A DNA stretch of 25,078 bases from a virus. Lineage: Duplodnaviria > Caudoviricetes. The translations under genes were made by a program, and so were the position numbers. This document shows, piece by piece, positions 15,472-25,014 of this stretch. The stretch covers positions 1-25,078 of IMG/VR virus record IMGVR_UViG_3300032024_000005, one strand, 5' to 3'. The notes under the pieces are model-generated. The model was not told where the DNA came from. It searched no databases and worked only from the letters and a program-made list of their open reading frames with translations. Numbering within the stretch: position 1 is the first letter of the stretch; every line of letters begins with the position of its first letter.

Positions 15472-15874
15472 GCTAGGGACAGCTGAGGACGTCGAGACTG
15501 TGGTTAACTTTTCCAGAGCTCTCTTCGAAATATCCCCTTACAGTGTTGTCTCAACGTTTGACAGCAAGGTAGTCTGGGATAACTATCTAACCAGTCTTAG
15601 TATGCCTAAGTTCGAATTCATAACTATGGTACTCTGCGACGGGGATAAACCAGTAGGCTTCATGAGCTGTGGCAGCAACAAAGGCCAGTTCTCAGAAGAC
15701 AGATACGCAGTTGAAGTCGGCTTCTACATCCTACCTGAACACAAATCACTATCCTCAGTTAAACTACTTATATCAGCATTCCACTATTGGGCTAAGGAGT
15801 CAGACTGCAAGGCTGCATTCGTAGGTAAAATGAAAGATCGTAAAATCGAGACTTATAAGATGAAAGTGCTCTAA
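15446..15874 (+). CDS. GNAT-fold acetyltransferase-like protein (T7 gp13-like position; ~142 aa)
   Basis: LRLGTAEDVETV, VLCDGDKPVGFM, FYILPEHK and LLISAFHYWAKESDC follow the GNAT secondary-structure pattern. TTG 15446 follows SD GGAG; GTG 15440 is the alternative start. Confidence 0.7.
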   Translation: MKQPTLSLRLGTAEDVETVVNFSRALFEISPYSVVSTFDSKVVWDNYLTSLSMPKFEFITMVLCDGDKPVGFMSCGSNKGQFSEDRYAVEVGFYILPEHKSLSSVKLLISAFHYWAKESDCKAAFVGKMKDRKIETYKMKVL

Positions 15875-15919
15875 TGGCGCTATTTCACACTAACAAATTA
15901 AAGAAGGAAATAGCTTAAT

Positions 15920-16306
15920 ATGGCAATGGGACTGTCTATAGTTGGTGGTATTGTTTCTGCCATAGGTTCAGCAAAACAAGCTAAGGCTTCGGCCAAGGCA
16001 GAGAAGCTTCGTGAACGTATGTTGACTCTGGAGGCCATGCGTAAGCGCAGGGAGCTGATCCGGGAGTCTGTAGTAGCTAGGGCTACTGCTACATCAAATG
16101 CTACAGCTCAGGGTGCGGGTGAGGGCTCAGGATTAAAAGGCGGTATTGCCCAGGTTACCAGCCAGGCTAATCGGAATATTCTCGCTAGCAACCAGGATGA
16201 AGCTCTTGGGCACGGTGTCTTCAAGGCCAATCGTCAATACGCTAAAGCCGGTGGCATTATAGCCTTCGGCCAGGGTATCTCATCCTTGGGCTCCGCATTT
16301 GGTTAA
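15920..16306 (+). CDS. Small internal virion (ejection) protein, T7 gp14-like (128 aa)
   Basis: Hydrophobic G/A-rich termini (MAMGLSIVGGIVSAIGS; GGIIAFGQGISSLGSAFG) flank an A/R/K-rich helix. First of three genes after the nozzle and GNAT genes. Confidence 0.72.
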   Translation: MAMGLSIVGGIVSAIGSAKQAKASAKAEKLRERMLTLEAMRKRRELIRESVVARATATSNATAQGAGEGSGLKGGIAQVTSQANRNILASNQDEALGHGVFKANRQYAKAGGIIAFGQGISSLGSAFG

Positions 16307-19300
16307 TCAGCCTTACACTTCTATAGACCCGTCCGTCGCGCCTTCTGAAGACGTAGCGACGGGTCTTGACATTTCGCAAGTACCCCCTAATGTATCTCCA
16401 AAGCTGCCTGAGGAAGTGGCTAAGACACGCGCATCAAAGTATGATCTAGCTCTTGGTGATGCGTCACCAGGTATCCAGAGCGTTCAGGATGCTCTCTCAA
16501 GCGGTGGTGAAGACTCACTCCGTTTGACGTTAGCTAATGCGGAAGTCCGCAAGCGTTGGGAAGCCGCAGTTGAACTATTCAAAACAGGAGAGGCCACAGT
16601 CGACGGTGACACCATGAACGGTGTCCTTGACGCTGCAAAGAAACAAGTCTCTCCTTCTTCTGTCCTTGAAAAACAGTACGCTGAGAAGGCGTTGGGTTTG
16701 TCTCTAAGTTTAACTAACTCCCCAGAAGAAATTAATGATGCTAACACTCCACACAGCCAGGCTTTATATGATTTTTACAGCCGCCGTATTGCAGATGAAG
16801 AAATCTACCTAAAAGCCCAGGAAGATGCTGACGCCGCTATAGCGACACTCATCCCAGGCTATGGCGCACACGACGACCGCTTTTCGTCTGAGCAGAATAT
16901 ATCAAATTGGGCTGATTTCGGGACTAGCCTTATTCCATTTTATACCCAAAATGCGATGAGCACGAAGGAGCTAGGTGAACTCCTCTCTGCGTGGCTGCCT
17001 GGTAACAACAGAGCCGAGCAGTATGACTTCATCCACGGAATGAAGACAGAAGACAAGGCTGTTTTAATTCCACAAATCGTGGCCAGTATATCCGCAAGGT
17101 CTCCTACAGACGCCGCCATATGGGCACACGGGTTAACTGACTATTCAGCCATATCCGCTGAGCAGGATAACGCATTTGGTGTCCTGGATATCGCCAGCAT
17201 TGTCCCGGTAATAAAAGGCGGCAAGGTTATATCAGGAGCTGCCAGGAAGCTTGGTGGGCTCGTAGAAGGCGTAGGTGCTTCAAAAGAACGCCTAGTTATA
17301 GCCAAGAAGGGCGCAGAAGCCTTTAAGAAGGCTCAGGAGGCTGCTAACCGCGTTCCGGCATTTACTACAGCCAAGGAAGCAGAAACGTCGCTGACGGGGC
17401 TCCTAGATGGCCTACAATCGAAACGTCGTACCTTGATGGACCAGATGATCACTCAAGGAAGAGATGGCAATACGGCTAAAGCTGCTGTCCTCCGGTCTGT
17501 CCTTGAGAAGACTGCCCAAGATGTTTCTGATCTCGAAAAAGGTTTATCTGAGCTAAAAGGTGCTCCAAAGAGCAAGGCTGCTCCTTTGGTTGAGAGGCTC
17601 CGCAGGACAGCATTAGCAGTTCAAGACCCCAGCCTTGGGGTAGCTGAAAAGCTCTCTGCCTCAGGCCATCTGAACGAGGCTGCCAGACTCCAAGCCATGA
17701 AGCTTGTTGAAAAGACAGTTCCTCAGGCTGGTAAGACTATAAAGAGAGATTTCGCTGACCTTCTTAGTAATACTCCTACTTTATATTCTCCAGTAAAGAA
17801 GTTCTTGGACGCTGCTGACGCTTCGAAGATATTAGCTAATAGATTAACTGACTTCATGTCTGACCAGGAAATGCTTACTAAGGCATTAGGCAGCGTCGTC
17901 AACGTTTCCAGACTGGCCCCAGAGGCCCGTCAGATAGCTCTAGACGCAGCCGAAGCTGAGGTTAAGAAACAATTTGCACAAGCGAAAGACGGTGCTCTTG
18001 TAGTCATTGAAAAATTCAAGGATACAGACAACCCCTTTCTAAATACAAGTTACGTCGAAGCAGTCTTCGGCAAGCCAGATGGAACCTTCTTCGAGACAGC
18101 TCAGAAGGCACTGAACCACGGCAAGAACAGGTATGGAATGAATATCTCAGAAAGGGATATCTTCCAGGAAGGTGACGGCTATGCCATCAGAATTCGTAAA
18201 GACATTGACGAAACTTCTCCGAGTGTCCGTGATGCCCTCATCAGTCTTGATAACACAAGCAACACAGCACGTAACAAACTCTTTGGTTTAGTCCCGCTTC
18301 CGAAGAGTATGTCTTCAACAAAAGACACAGTGTCAAAGTTCCAGGCAGAGCAGCGTGCTGCTGTTACCCATGCTACCGTAGCTCGTCAGATGTTTATGAC
18401 ACGAATGATGGAGCCTGCTGGAAAGCTTTCTAAAGTAGAGCGCAAGTCCCTTGATACTATTATGGCCATGAACCGGGATGCTGGAGCAGGGAGTAATCGT
18501 GGCAAGTTCTTCCAGAACGGTTTTGAACTAGATCAAGCTTACATAGCTAAGTTCGACAGATTAGCTACACCAGCTGAGAAGGGAGCTTATGAAGCATTCG
18601 TAAAGGCTAGTGACGCTGACTACATCTTCAGGGCTGCTGAGGGTATTAAGGTTAAGTCCCGGCAAGGCATAGAGCGGATGTCCATGACTGCTCCCGGCAA
18701 GGATGGTACAGCATTCTCATTTGAAGGCAAGATTGTAAACGATCTGCCTTACGACAGCAAGCATGTCGGTAGTGTCTTCTACGCCCCTGATCTGACTACA
18801 AAGGGCAAGTACTATCGCTTGAGTGAGATCAAAGACGACCTAAAGAAGCAGATCAGGAGTGGTATTGATAACAAACAGCTTACTATTGTCCACGTCTATA
18901 ATCCTGAAGACGAGGCGATTCGTGCTGGTCTGAAAGTATCAGGTCCAGTTAATTTCGTTGTTACAAAGACACTGAAGCGCGAGCCTATTCGTTTCGACGA
19001 GCAGCTCCCCTACCGTGCTGGATTCCACGTCAAGTACAAAGACGAATTCTTTATCAAGCAGCCTAAAATATATTATGACTCATCTCGTAGACGTGTCTAC
19101 GCGGGTGATGTAGTTGCCCTTGGAGTGAGCAATTCTGCTAAGGCGCAGAAAGAGGTTAAGCTCCTTGAACGAGCCCGGCAAGCGGTCAAAGCGAAGGATG
19201 ATGTGGCTATCGGCGCAGTCATCAATGATGGTCTCCCACTCACGGCTAGTGAGATTAAGAAAATGTTCAAGACCACCTTCGATGTAGATACACCCTTCGC

Positions 19301-21464
19301 CGTTGTCGGTAATGGTCAGTCTAGTATCGAGGTTCTTGGTAATCAACTCGGCCATTTTGATGATTTCTCCAATAGTCCGTTTAACTTAAGCAAAGACGCT
19401 AATTCAGAATTCATAGGGCACAAAGACAGCCCTTTGTGGGCGATAAAGAACACTGGCACCGAGGACGTTCCTATCTGGGAGATGGGGACAGCGCGGACAG
19501 TTGATCCTATTGAGACACAAATAGAAGCAATGGGTAGACTAATACGGAATACCCATTACAACGACTACCAGATCGGAGCGGCCGAAAGTTGGGTACAAGA
19601 GTTCGGCGTCCAAAAAAATATGATTTCACTAAACGGTCGTACTGTACTCGCCGATGAACTTCGTCGTAATCCTGGTTTTTATCTAGTTCACGGCAAAGTT
19701 CTAGGAACGGGTGCTGAGGCTGATACTGCCCGTATAGCACAACGAGCAGTTCGGAACCTCGTTTCTCACAAGTCTTTAATAGCTGGTCATTTGTCACAGT
19801 TTCAAGCCTCCTTATTGGCTAGCGGATACGAAAGAAGCGGAGAAAAGTTTGTAGAAACGATTGACAATTGGTCTGCTCTCCTTCGTGGAGGTACACGTGA
19901 TAAGTTATCTGTGGCTGCTTACAAAGGTGCTGAGCTACTTCAACACGACCTCCCCAGTAAACTTCGGGCGATTGCTTTCCATACGAAACTAGGACTTGGG
20001 AACCCGGTTCAGATACTTCTCCAATCGCAGACGTTAGCGAACATTGGAGCGATTTCTCCGAAGCACGGTCCAAATGCAACGTTAGTGTCAGCTTGGATGC
20101 GTCGTCTAGACTTAATCCCCGGAGACGAAGCCGCCGTTCGAGACATCGCAGCAAAAGCTGCAAAGATAACTCCTGGCTGGAAGGCTGATGAGTTCGTTGA
20201 GTCATATAATCTCCTAAAGAAAACAGGGTTTGATTTAATTGGTGGTGATTTGTCATGGCGAAATGACATAGCTGACCCTAAGATATTCCAAGGCAGGGCT
20301 GGCAAGATACTTGAATGGTCTGCCGGTTTCTTCAACGGAACCGAACGCTTCGTTCGATTGTCTTCCTGGAACACGGCTTATAAAGAATACATAGAGAAAT
20401 TCCCTCGTCTAGCAGGCAAACTCGACAATGACGCTGCCAAGACTATCCTAAGCCGTGCTCAGGACTTGTCAGGTAACATGACCAGAGATGCTCATGCGTT
20501 CTGGCAAGAAGGGGCACTCTCAACCGTTACCCAGTTCTGGGGTTATACGGCTAGAATGTTCGATCTTATGACGGGCATGAGGCTTACTCCAATGGAGAAG
20601 ACGCGGTTGTTTACAGGCTGGGCTGCTTTGTACGGCCTTCCTGTTGCAGGTACTGCTGCTCTTCCATTCTTCCCGTTGAAGGATACAGTACGTGAGCAAC
20701 TCTTAGCCCATGAGACAAATCCTGACGAAGGACTCGTAGGGCTGATAATGAATGGTGTTACAAGTTCTACGTTAGCTATCGCTACTGGAACTCACTTCGA
20801 CATCGGTGACCGTTTAGGCCCGTCAGAACTCCCTATTTATAAAACTCTTGTACAGCCTAAATACGGCCAGACACCGCTTGATGCCATAGTTGATATAGGC
20901 ATGGGTGCGTCAGGCTCGATAGCTGCATCCATTCTCCAAGACGCGTCTCCTGTCATAAGGGGCTTGACTGAGCTGGTATCAGGGCGGGGCAGCTCGACTA
21001 TGCTGATGCAGGACGCTAACGATCTCTTTAGTAATGTCTCTTCTTATAATAATATACAGCGTGGCATGGCTATCTATAATACAGGACTGTACACGACTAA
21101 AGACGATAAAGTCATCTCAACTAAACACGATCCGTTCGATGGTGTCTGGCTTGCGTTAACTGGTGTCCAGACAACTGATCCTGCTAACGCCCGCGCCATG
21201 TCTAATTTGTTCAAGCAAGAACAAGATATGAAGACGCAGGCTAGGAACGACATGAAGGAATACCTTCGGTTGTACTTCTCAAGTATGAATGCAGGAGACA
21301 ACGAAGCAGCCCGCAGGTACATGCAAGGAGCCAGAACGTATGCTATTGGTGCTGCGTTGACTGAGAAAGAAATAAGACGTACGATTGAGACGGTGAGAAC
21401 TGAGAAGAGTATTCAGGATACCAGTCTTGAGAAATATGAAAAGTTTAAAAAGGAACAGCAATAG
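16299..21464 (+). CDS. Large internal virion (ejection) protein (1721 aa)
   Basis: Size and position; A/K/D-rich helical composition; the C-terminal region with hydrophobic segments (LFTGWAALYGLPVAGTAALPFF) resembles gp16-like proteins. The exact start is uncertain. Confidence 0.72.
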   Translation: MVNQPYTSIDPSVAPSEDVATGLDISQVPPNVSPKLPEEVAKTRASKYDLALGDASPGIQSVQDALSSGGEDSLRLTLANAEVRKRWEAAVELFKTGEATVDGDTMNGVLDAAKKQVSPSSVLEKQYAEKALGLSLSLTNSPEEINDANTPHSQALYDFYSRRIADEEIYLKAQEDADAAIATLIPGYGAHDDRFSSEQNISNWADFGTSLIPFYTQNAMSTKELGELLSAWLPGNNRAEQYDFIHGMKTEDKAVLIPQIVASISARSPTDAAIWAHGLTDYSAISAEQDNAFGVLDIASIVPVIKGGKVISGAARKLGGLVEGVGASKERLVIAKKGAEAFKKAQEAANRVPAFTTAKEAETSLTGLLDGLQSKRRTLMDQMITQGRDGNTAKAAVLRSVLEKTAQDVSDLEKGLSELKGAPKSKAAPLVERLRRTALAVQDPSLGVAEKLSASGHLNEAARLQAMKLVEKTVPQAGKTIKRDFADLLSNTPTLYSPVKKFLDAADASKILANRLTDFMSDQEMLTKALGSVVNVSRLAPEARQIALDAAEAEVKKQFAQAKDGALVVIEKFKDTDNPFLNTSYVEAVFGKPDGTFFETAQKALNHGKNRYGMNISERDIFQEGDGYAIRIRKDIDETSPSVRDALISLDNTSNTARNKLFGLVPLPKSMSSTKDTVSKFQAEQRAAVTHATVARQMFMTRMMEPAGKLSKVERKSLDTIMAMNRDAGAGSNRGKFFQNGFELDQAYIAKFDRLATPAEKGAYEAFVKASDADYIFRAAEGIKVKSRQGIERMSMTAPGKDGTAFSFEGKIVNDLPYDSKHVGSVFYAPDLTTKGKYYRLSEIKDDLKKQIRSGIDNKQLTIVHVYNPEDEAIRAGLKVSGPVNFVVTKTLKREPIRFDEQLPYRAGFHVKYKDEFFIKQPKIYYDSSRRRVYAGDVVALGVSNSAKAQKEVKLLERARQAVKAKDDVAIGAVINDGLPLTASEIKKMFKTTFDVDTPFAVVGNGQSSIEVLGNQLGHFDDFSNSPFNLSKDANSEFIGHKDSPLWAIKNTGTEDVPIWEMGTARTVDPIETQIEAMGRLIRNTHYNDYQIGAAESWVQEFGVQKNMISLNGRTVLADELRRNPGFYLVHGKVLGTGAEADTARIAQRAVRNLVSHKSLIAGHLSQFQASLLASGYERSGEKFVETIDNWSALLRGGTRDKLSVAAYKGAELLQHDLPSKLRAIAFHTKLGLGNPVQILLQSQTLANIGAISPKHGPNATLVSAWMRRLDLIPGDEAAVRDIAAKAAKITPGWKADEFVESYNLLKKTGFDLIGGDLSWRNDIADPKIFQGRAGKILEWSAGFFNGTERFVRLSSWNTAYKEYIEKFPRLAGKLDNDAAKTILSRAQDLSGNMTRDAHAFWQEGALSTVTQFWGYTARMFDLMTGMRLTPMEKTRLFTGWAALYGLPVAGTAALPFFPLKDTVREQLLAHETNPDEGLVGLIMNGVTSSTLAIATGTHFDIGDRLGPSELPIYKTLVQPKYGQTPLDAIVDIGMGASGSIAASILQDASPVIRGLTELVSGRGSSTMLMQDANDLFSNVSSYNNIQRGMAIYNTGLYTTKDDKVISTKHDPFDGVWLALTGVQTTDPANARAMSNLFKQEQDMKTQARNDMKEYLRLYFSSMNAGDNEAARRYMQGARTYAIGAALTEKEIRRTIETVRTEKSIQDTSLEKYEKFKKEQQ

Positions 21465-24025
21465 TGGCCGCTCTCAACCCAGCGATATCCCCTACACAGT
21501 CAGATAACTATACTACGAGGAGTCAAGGGCAGACCCCTAACAAGGCTTTCCAATATCTCTTTGGTGGTGTTGCTGATGCTGTCTCTACATTCAAAGCCAG
21601 CCAAAAGGATCAGGCTGCTGCAAACAAGGCCCAAGACGAGCTGAACTTCGGCAACGACCTGGGCTCAGCTACAGATGATATAGCCACAGGTGATCTTAGT
21701 ACTCCAGCAAGACACGTAGGTGGTGCTGGTTCAGCTCCTGTTAACTTCGAAGCCGCTAATGAAATCAATGGAACTGTCTCGCATCTCCGCAGGCTGAAGG
21801 ATGGAGTTAACCAGGGCACAGTAACTAATATTTACTTCGACACCCAGAGGATGGCCAAAGTTAAAGACCTGATGGTCAAGTACCCTCAGTACTCCCAGAG
21901 CTATATTGAGAAAGAGTTGGATGTTGCTTTAGGCCATAGTGCTGCTGTCCAATACCGGAAGGACTTGGCTCAGGCTCAGGATGAGCAGAACAAATTCGCA
22001 TCAGATGAAGACAAGCGTGTTGCGACTCTGAAGGCTAAGTGGGCTGAGGATGGTTACTTCGCTAATGAAGAAGTCAGGACTCACTATAAACAACTCACCG
22101 GGGCAGAGCTTAATCCTGTTGGCGACATCAACGAAGATGCAATGAATATCGCCATCTCCAGTGAAGTCAACATTGGAAAACAAATAGACAGACACATGTC
22201 TGAGCTTAATATGATTAAGGCAGACAAGGAAGCTCAATCTACGAGGGCTGAAGAGTACGCTACCGTTGATATGCAATCAGCGACGCAGAAGATGTTTTAT
22301 ACAGCGATGAATGCTGACAAAGCCCGTATCCAGTATCTCATGCGTCGTGGCAAGGATATCTCTCCTCAGGAAATCCAGGAGCTGACTGCTAAGATGGGAG
22401 AGATGGAGGGGCAGTTGAACATTGCCGCTGAAGGTATTGTCTCTAAGTACGCCCAATATATCCGTGATCCTAGAAAACGTGAAGACATTAAATCACTGAT
22501 GCTTGGTCCGTTTACTACCATGAAACAGTTAGTCGAGGATAAGAACTTCGGGGCTTTGAACGCTGTCTCTAACTATACCTCCGCTTTAAAGAACAGAAAA
22601 GACCTTGAGTTCGTATTGAAGAACGGGGATTTTGTCGCCAACCTCGAACTTGCTACCAAGAAATACGGTAGTGAAGCCATTTATAAATTCTTCGATCCTA
22701 GCCAAAACCTCGGTGTCGCTACGATGAACGAAGGACAGAAGGCACTCTTTGACAAGATCAGTCTTGATATCTACGGCGGCAACGTCCCTGTAGCTGATGT
22801 CTTAAACCAGCTAAAGGTATTAAAGGCAAATCAGAATGATGCTGCTGTTGTCTTCCAGGGCATTCAGAGGGCAGTTAACGCTGGCCTCGATCCTGGGGTG
22901 AGTAAGACCCAGGCTGCTGAGTATTTTGGTAAGACTTTGTTCGCGCCCGAAGGAGTTAACGTCCTTCGTGGAATGCAGGACCCTGGACGTGTATTTTCAA
23001 TGTTCGTTAACCCGATGATGACTGAAAAGCTTCGCGGGACTACGACATGGGATGAATACAGAGACTTTGCTATGGACCAGGCAGCTATCGTTATGAAGCC
23101 TGTTGGTGATACTATCGTTGATACGCAGAAGTATACGTATCGGGGTGTAGTCCAGTATGACGAAAAGTCAGGGAAGTTCGGTCTTGATACACAAGGTGTA
23201 GGAGCTGATCCTATTGACTTCAGACAGACCCAGCTGGGCCAGAGGGCTGTTAGCCAGATGAACCAGTATATGGATGCCATGAAGCCCATCCTTGATGCTG
23301 AGGGCATTACAGCTGACCAATTTCTCTCTGGTGTCCTTGTGGGCAAGGAATATAAGAAAGCAGCTAAAGAAGGATCGTGGCTCCAGAGAATGGGCACGGC
23401 TGTCTATGATGCTTTACAAAACGCCAGCCCAGCAAACCCCCAGCCAAAAGGCCGTCAACCGCCGTCTAAGACAAAGATTGACTTATTTGAGAATGAGGAC
23501 AGCTCTTTTCAAGGAAGCCCTCACCAAAGTATTGAAGGGCACCAGCGCAGAACAAATGTAATTAAAACAAGGTCCCCGATACTAAATCTTATCGGAGCTG
23601 CTGAGGGCGCTGACTTCAATACTATGTTCGGTGGAGGTAAACATGACCTCCCTAACATGACTGTCAAAGAAGTCTTACAGCTTCAGAAACAGAATGTTAA
23701 GTCAAAAGGGGGCTCCCCTGCTGGCGCTATGCAGGTGACTGACGACACACTAAAGGATTTAATTAAAGCCGGTGTAGTCAAACTTTCAGATAAGTTTGAT
23801 CAGGTTACTCAAGAGCGTATAGGACATGCTTTGTTAGAGAGAAGAGGCTATAGCAAGTTCATATCTGGGGAAATGTCTGTAGAAGACTTCGCAGACAGCC
23901 TAGCACATGAGTGGGCGAGCCTGCCGCTAGCTAATGGGCTATCTGCATATAAGGGAATAGCGGATAACAAGGCTAGAATAAGCAGACAACAGCTCCTTGA
24001 TGTTCTAGAGCGATTAAAGCAGTAA
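21464..24025 (+). CDS. Internal virion protein with C-terminal lysozyme-like (lambda R / GH104-type) muralytic domain (853 aa)
   Basis: C-terminal ~150 aa: LNLIGAAEG (putative catalytic Glu), FNTMFGG, SPAGAMQVTDDT, FDQVTQERIG, LAHEWASLP. Joined to the helical body by a P/Q/S-rich linker. Confidence 0.82.
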   Translation: MAALNPAISPTQSDNYTTRSQGQTPNKAFQYLFGGVADAVSTFKASQKDQAAANKAQDELNFGNDLGSATDDIATGDLSTPARHVGGAGSAPVNFEAANEINGTVSHLRRLKDGVNQGTVTNIYFDTQRMAKVKDLMVKYPQYSQSYIEKELDVALGHSAAVQYRKDLAQAQDEQNKFASDEDKRVATLKAKWAEDGYFANEEVRTHYKQLTGAELNPVGDINEDAMNIAISSEVNIGKQIDRHMSELNMIKADKEAQSTRAEEYATVDMQSATQKMFYTAMNADKARIQYLMRRGKDISPQEIQELTAKMGEMEGQLNIAAEGIVSKYAQYIRDPRKREDIKSLMLGPFTTMKQLVEDKNFGALNAVSNYTSALKNRKDLEFVLKNGDFVANLELATKKYGSEAIYKFFDPSQNLGVATMNEGQKALFDKISLDIYGGNVPVADVLNQLKVLKANQNDAAVVFQGIQRAVNAGLDPGVSKTQAAEYFGKTLFAPEGVNVLRGMQDPGRVFSMFVNPMMTEKLRGTTTWDEYRDFAMDQAAIVMKPVGDTIVDTQKYTYRGVVQYDEKSGKFGLDTQGVGADPIDFRQTQLGQRAVSQMNQYMDAMKPILDAEGITADQFLSGVLVGKEYKKAAKEGSWLQRMGTAVYDALQNASPANPQPKGRQPPSKTKIDLFENEDSSFQGSPHQSIEGHQRRTNVIKTRSPILNLIGAAEGADFNTMFGGGKHDLPNMTVKEVLQLQKQNVKSKGGSPAGAMQVTDDTLKDLIKAGVVKLSDKFDQVTQERIGHALLERRGYSKFISGEMSVEDFADSLAHEWASLPLANGLSAYKGIADNKARISRQQLLDVLERLKQ

Positions 24026-24035
24026 CATAATAGAT

Positions 24036-24080
24036 AAGAAAAAGGCCCCTTTGGTATAGAAACCTCAGGGGCCTTTTCTT
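24036..24080. terminator. Bidirectional rho-independent terminator
   Basis: AAGAAAAAGGCCCCT (24036-24050) ... AGGGGCCTTTTCTT (24067-24080). GC stem with an A-tract on one side and a T-tract on the other, between convergent genes. Confidence 0.88.
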
Positions 24081-24108
24081 TGACCTAAGTAGGAGAAATC
24101 AGAGCACC

Positions 24109-24366
24109 CTAGGTCAACAAATCTACAGTCTTTATACAGCCAAGTGGAATTGAGATGTGCCCGTTATATTCATCTGGGTCGTTTATACCTAGTGTGTGGG
24201 AAACTACGAGATAGTCTTCTCCAGCATAACTAAGATACCCATATGTAGTGCAGGGCTCAGGAGCCTTTACTTCGTCTCCTATTTTGTCAACAGCTACCCA
24301 TCCCCCTGAGGTAACGATGTCAATCCAGAGGACACAGACTTTACTGTGGAGAGGAGGCAATGTCAC
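24109..24366 (-). CDS. Hypothetical phage protein (85 aa)
   Basis: The pattern VLWIDI...GW...TYGYL...YLVVSH...IPLGCI recalls a common small phage family. Overlaps the upstream minus-strand gene by 4 nt. Confidence 0.7.
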   Translation of the reverse strand: MTLPPLHSKVCVLWIDIVTSGGWVAVDKIGDEVKAPEPCTTYGYLSYAGEDYLVVSHTLGINDPDEYNGHISIPLGCIKTVDLLT

Positions 24367-24545
24367 TTGAAATGGAACTCCAATTGCTCTTTGTGTAGTT
24401 GTGCCTTCAGTTCGTTACACTGAATAATGAGTTCAGCGCATAGTTTCTTATAGTGGTCTAGCTCAGCCTCTACTATTTCAAGATAGCTTGGATGCCGTCT
24501 CTTGATCAAACGAAGTCCGATTTCAACGTCCTCAGGTTTCCTCAT
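24363..24545 (-). CDS. Hypothetical coiled-coil protein (60 aa)
   Basis: ATGA-type 4-nt overlaps with both neighbours. Confidence 0.6.
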   Translation of the reverse strand: MRKPEDVEIGLRLIKRRHPSYLEIVEAELDHYKKLCAELIIQCNELKAQLHKEQLEFHFK

Positions 24546-24766
24546 ACTAGTTTACCTTTACTATCTGTATTATAGACGAATTCTCGTACTCTGAACTTGC
24601 CTGTTTGTGGGTCCATGTCTACTTCGTAGCGAGTGTTGTACCCGGACTGTTTCTTTTTCCTGCGCTGGGAAATAGCGTATGCGTTAGCTTCTCCCTTTGT
24701 CTCAAATACACGACTGCCTACGAATTCACCGATTGGTGGAGTTTTGACCACTACTCGCCATCCCAT
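24542..24766 (-). CDS. Hypothetical basic protein (74 aa)
   Basis: Part of the chain of overlapping minus-strand genes. The FETKGEA segment and RRKKK suggest nucleic-acid binding (weak). Confidence 0.6.
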   Translation of the reverse strand: MGWRVVVKTPPIGEFVGSRVFETKGEANAYAISQRRKKKQSGYNTRYEVDMDPQTGKFRVREFVYNTDSKGKLV

Positions 24767-25014
24767 GTATCATATTCATTAGGCTCTCTATAATCAACTT
24801 GAACAAGTTCAAAAACTAACCAACCAAGTAAGAGAGGCACGATGTACTCAAATGTGCTCTGTAGAGAATTCGGTATGCCACTATGTTGTACTATCTCTCT
24901 AGCAGGCCAGAAGACAGTATTTACTAACAAGGCTGTCTTAGGATACCACAAGCCTATAAGACCAACAAAAACTATAGCACCCAAAGCATGTAATGCAATA
25001 TCAGTCCAATCCAT
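24751..25014 (-). CDS. Small membrane protein (87 aa)
   Basis: The start is probably ATG 25014 (MDWTDIALHALG...), with GGAGG 9 nt upstream. Two to three hydrophobic segments. Confidence 0.6.
   Translation of the reverse strand: MDWTDIALHALGAIVFVGLIGLWYPKTALLVNTVFWPAREIVQHSGIPNSLQSTFEYIVPLLLGWLVFELVQVDYREPNEYDTWDGE

Noticed and set aside
16299-21464. Virion-packaged RNA polymerase (N4- or crAss-type)
   Set aside because: I found no DFDGD/DxDxD-type or T7-like polymerase motif set, and the protein is much shorter than N4 vRNAP. A structure search is needed to exclude a divergent enzyme.
204-23561. Antisense and alternate-frame ORFs in the track (e.g. 5205-5678, 19819-20256, 22864-23397, 1850-2182)
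   Set aside because: They lie within well-supported + strand genes, lack recognisable motifs, and are best explained as shadows of codon bias.
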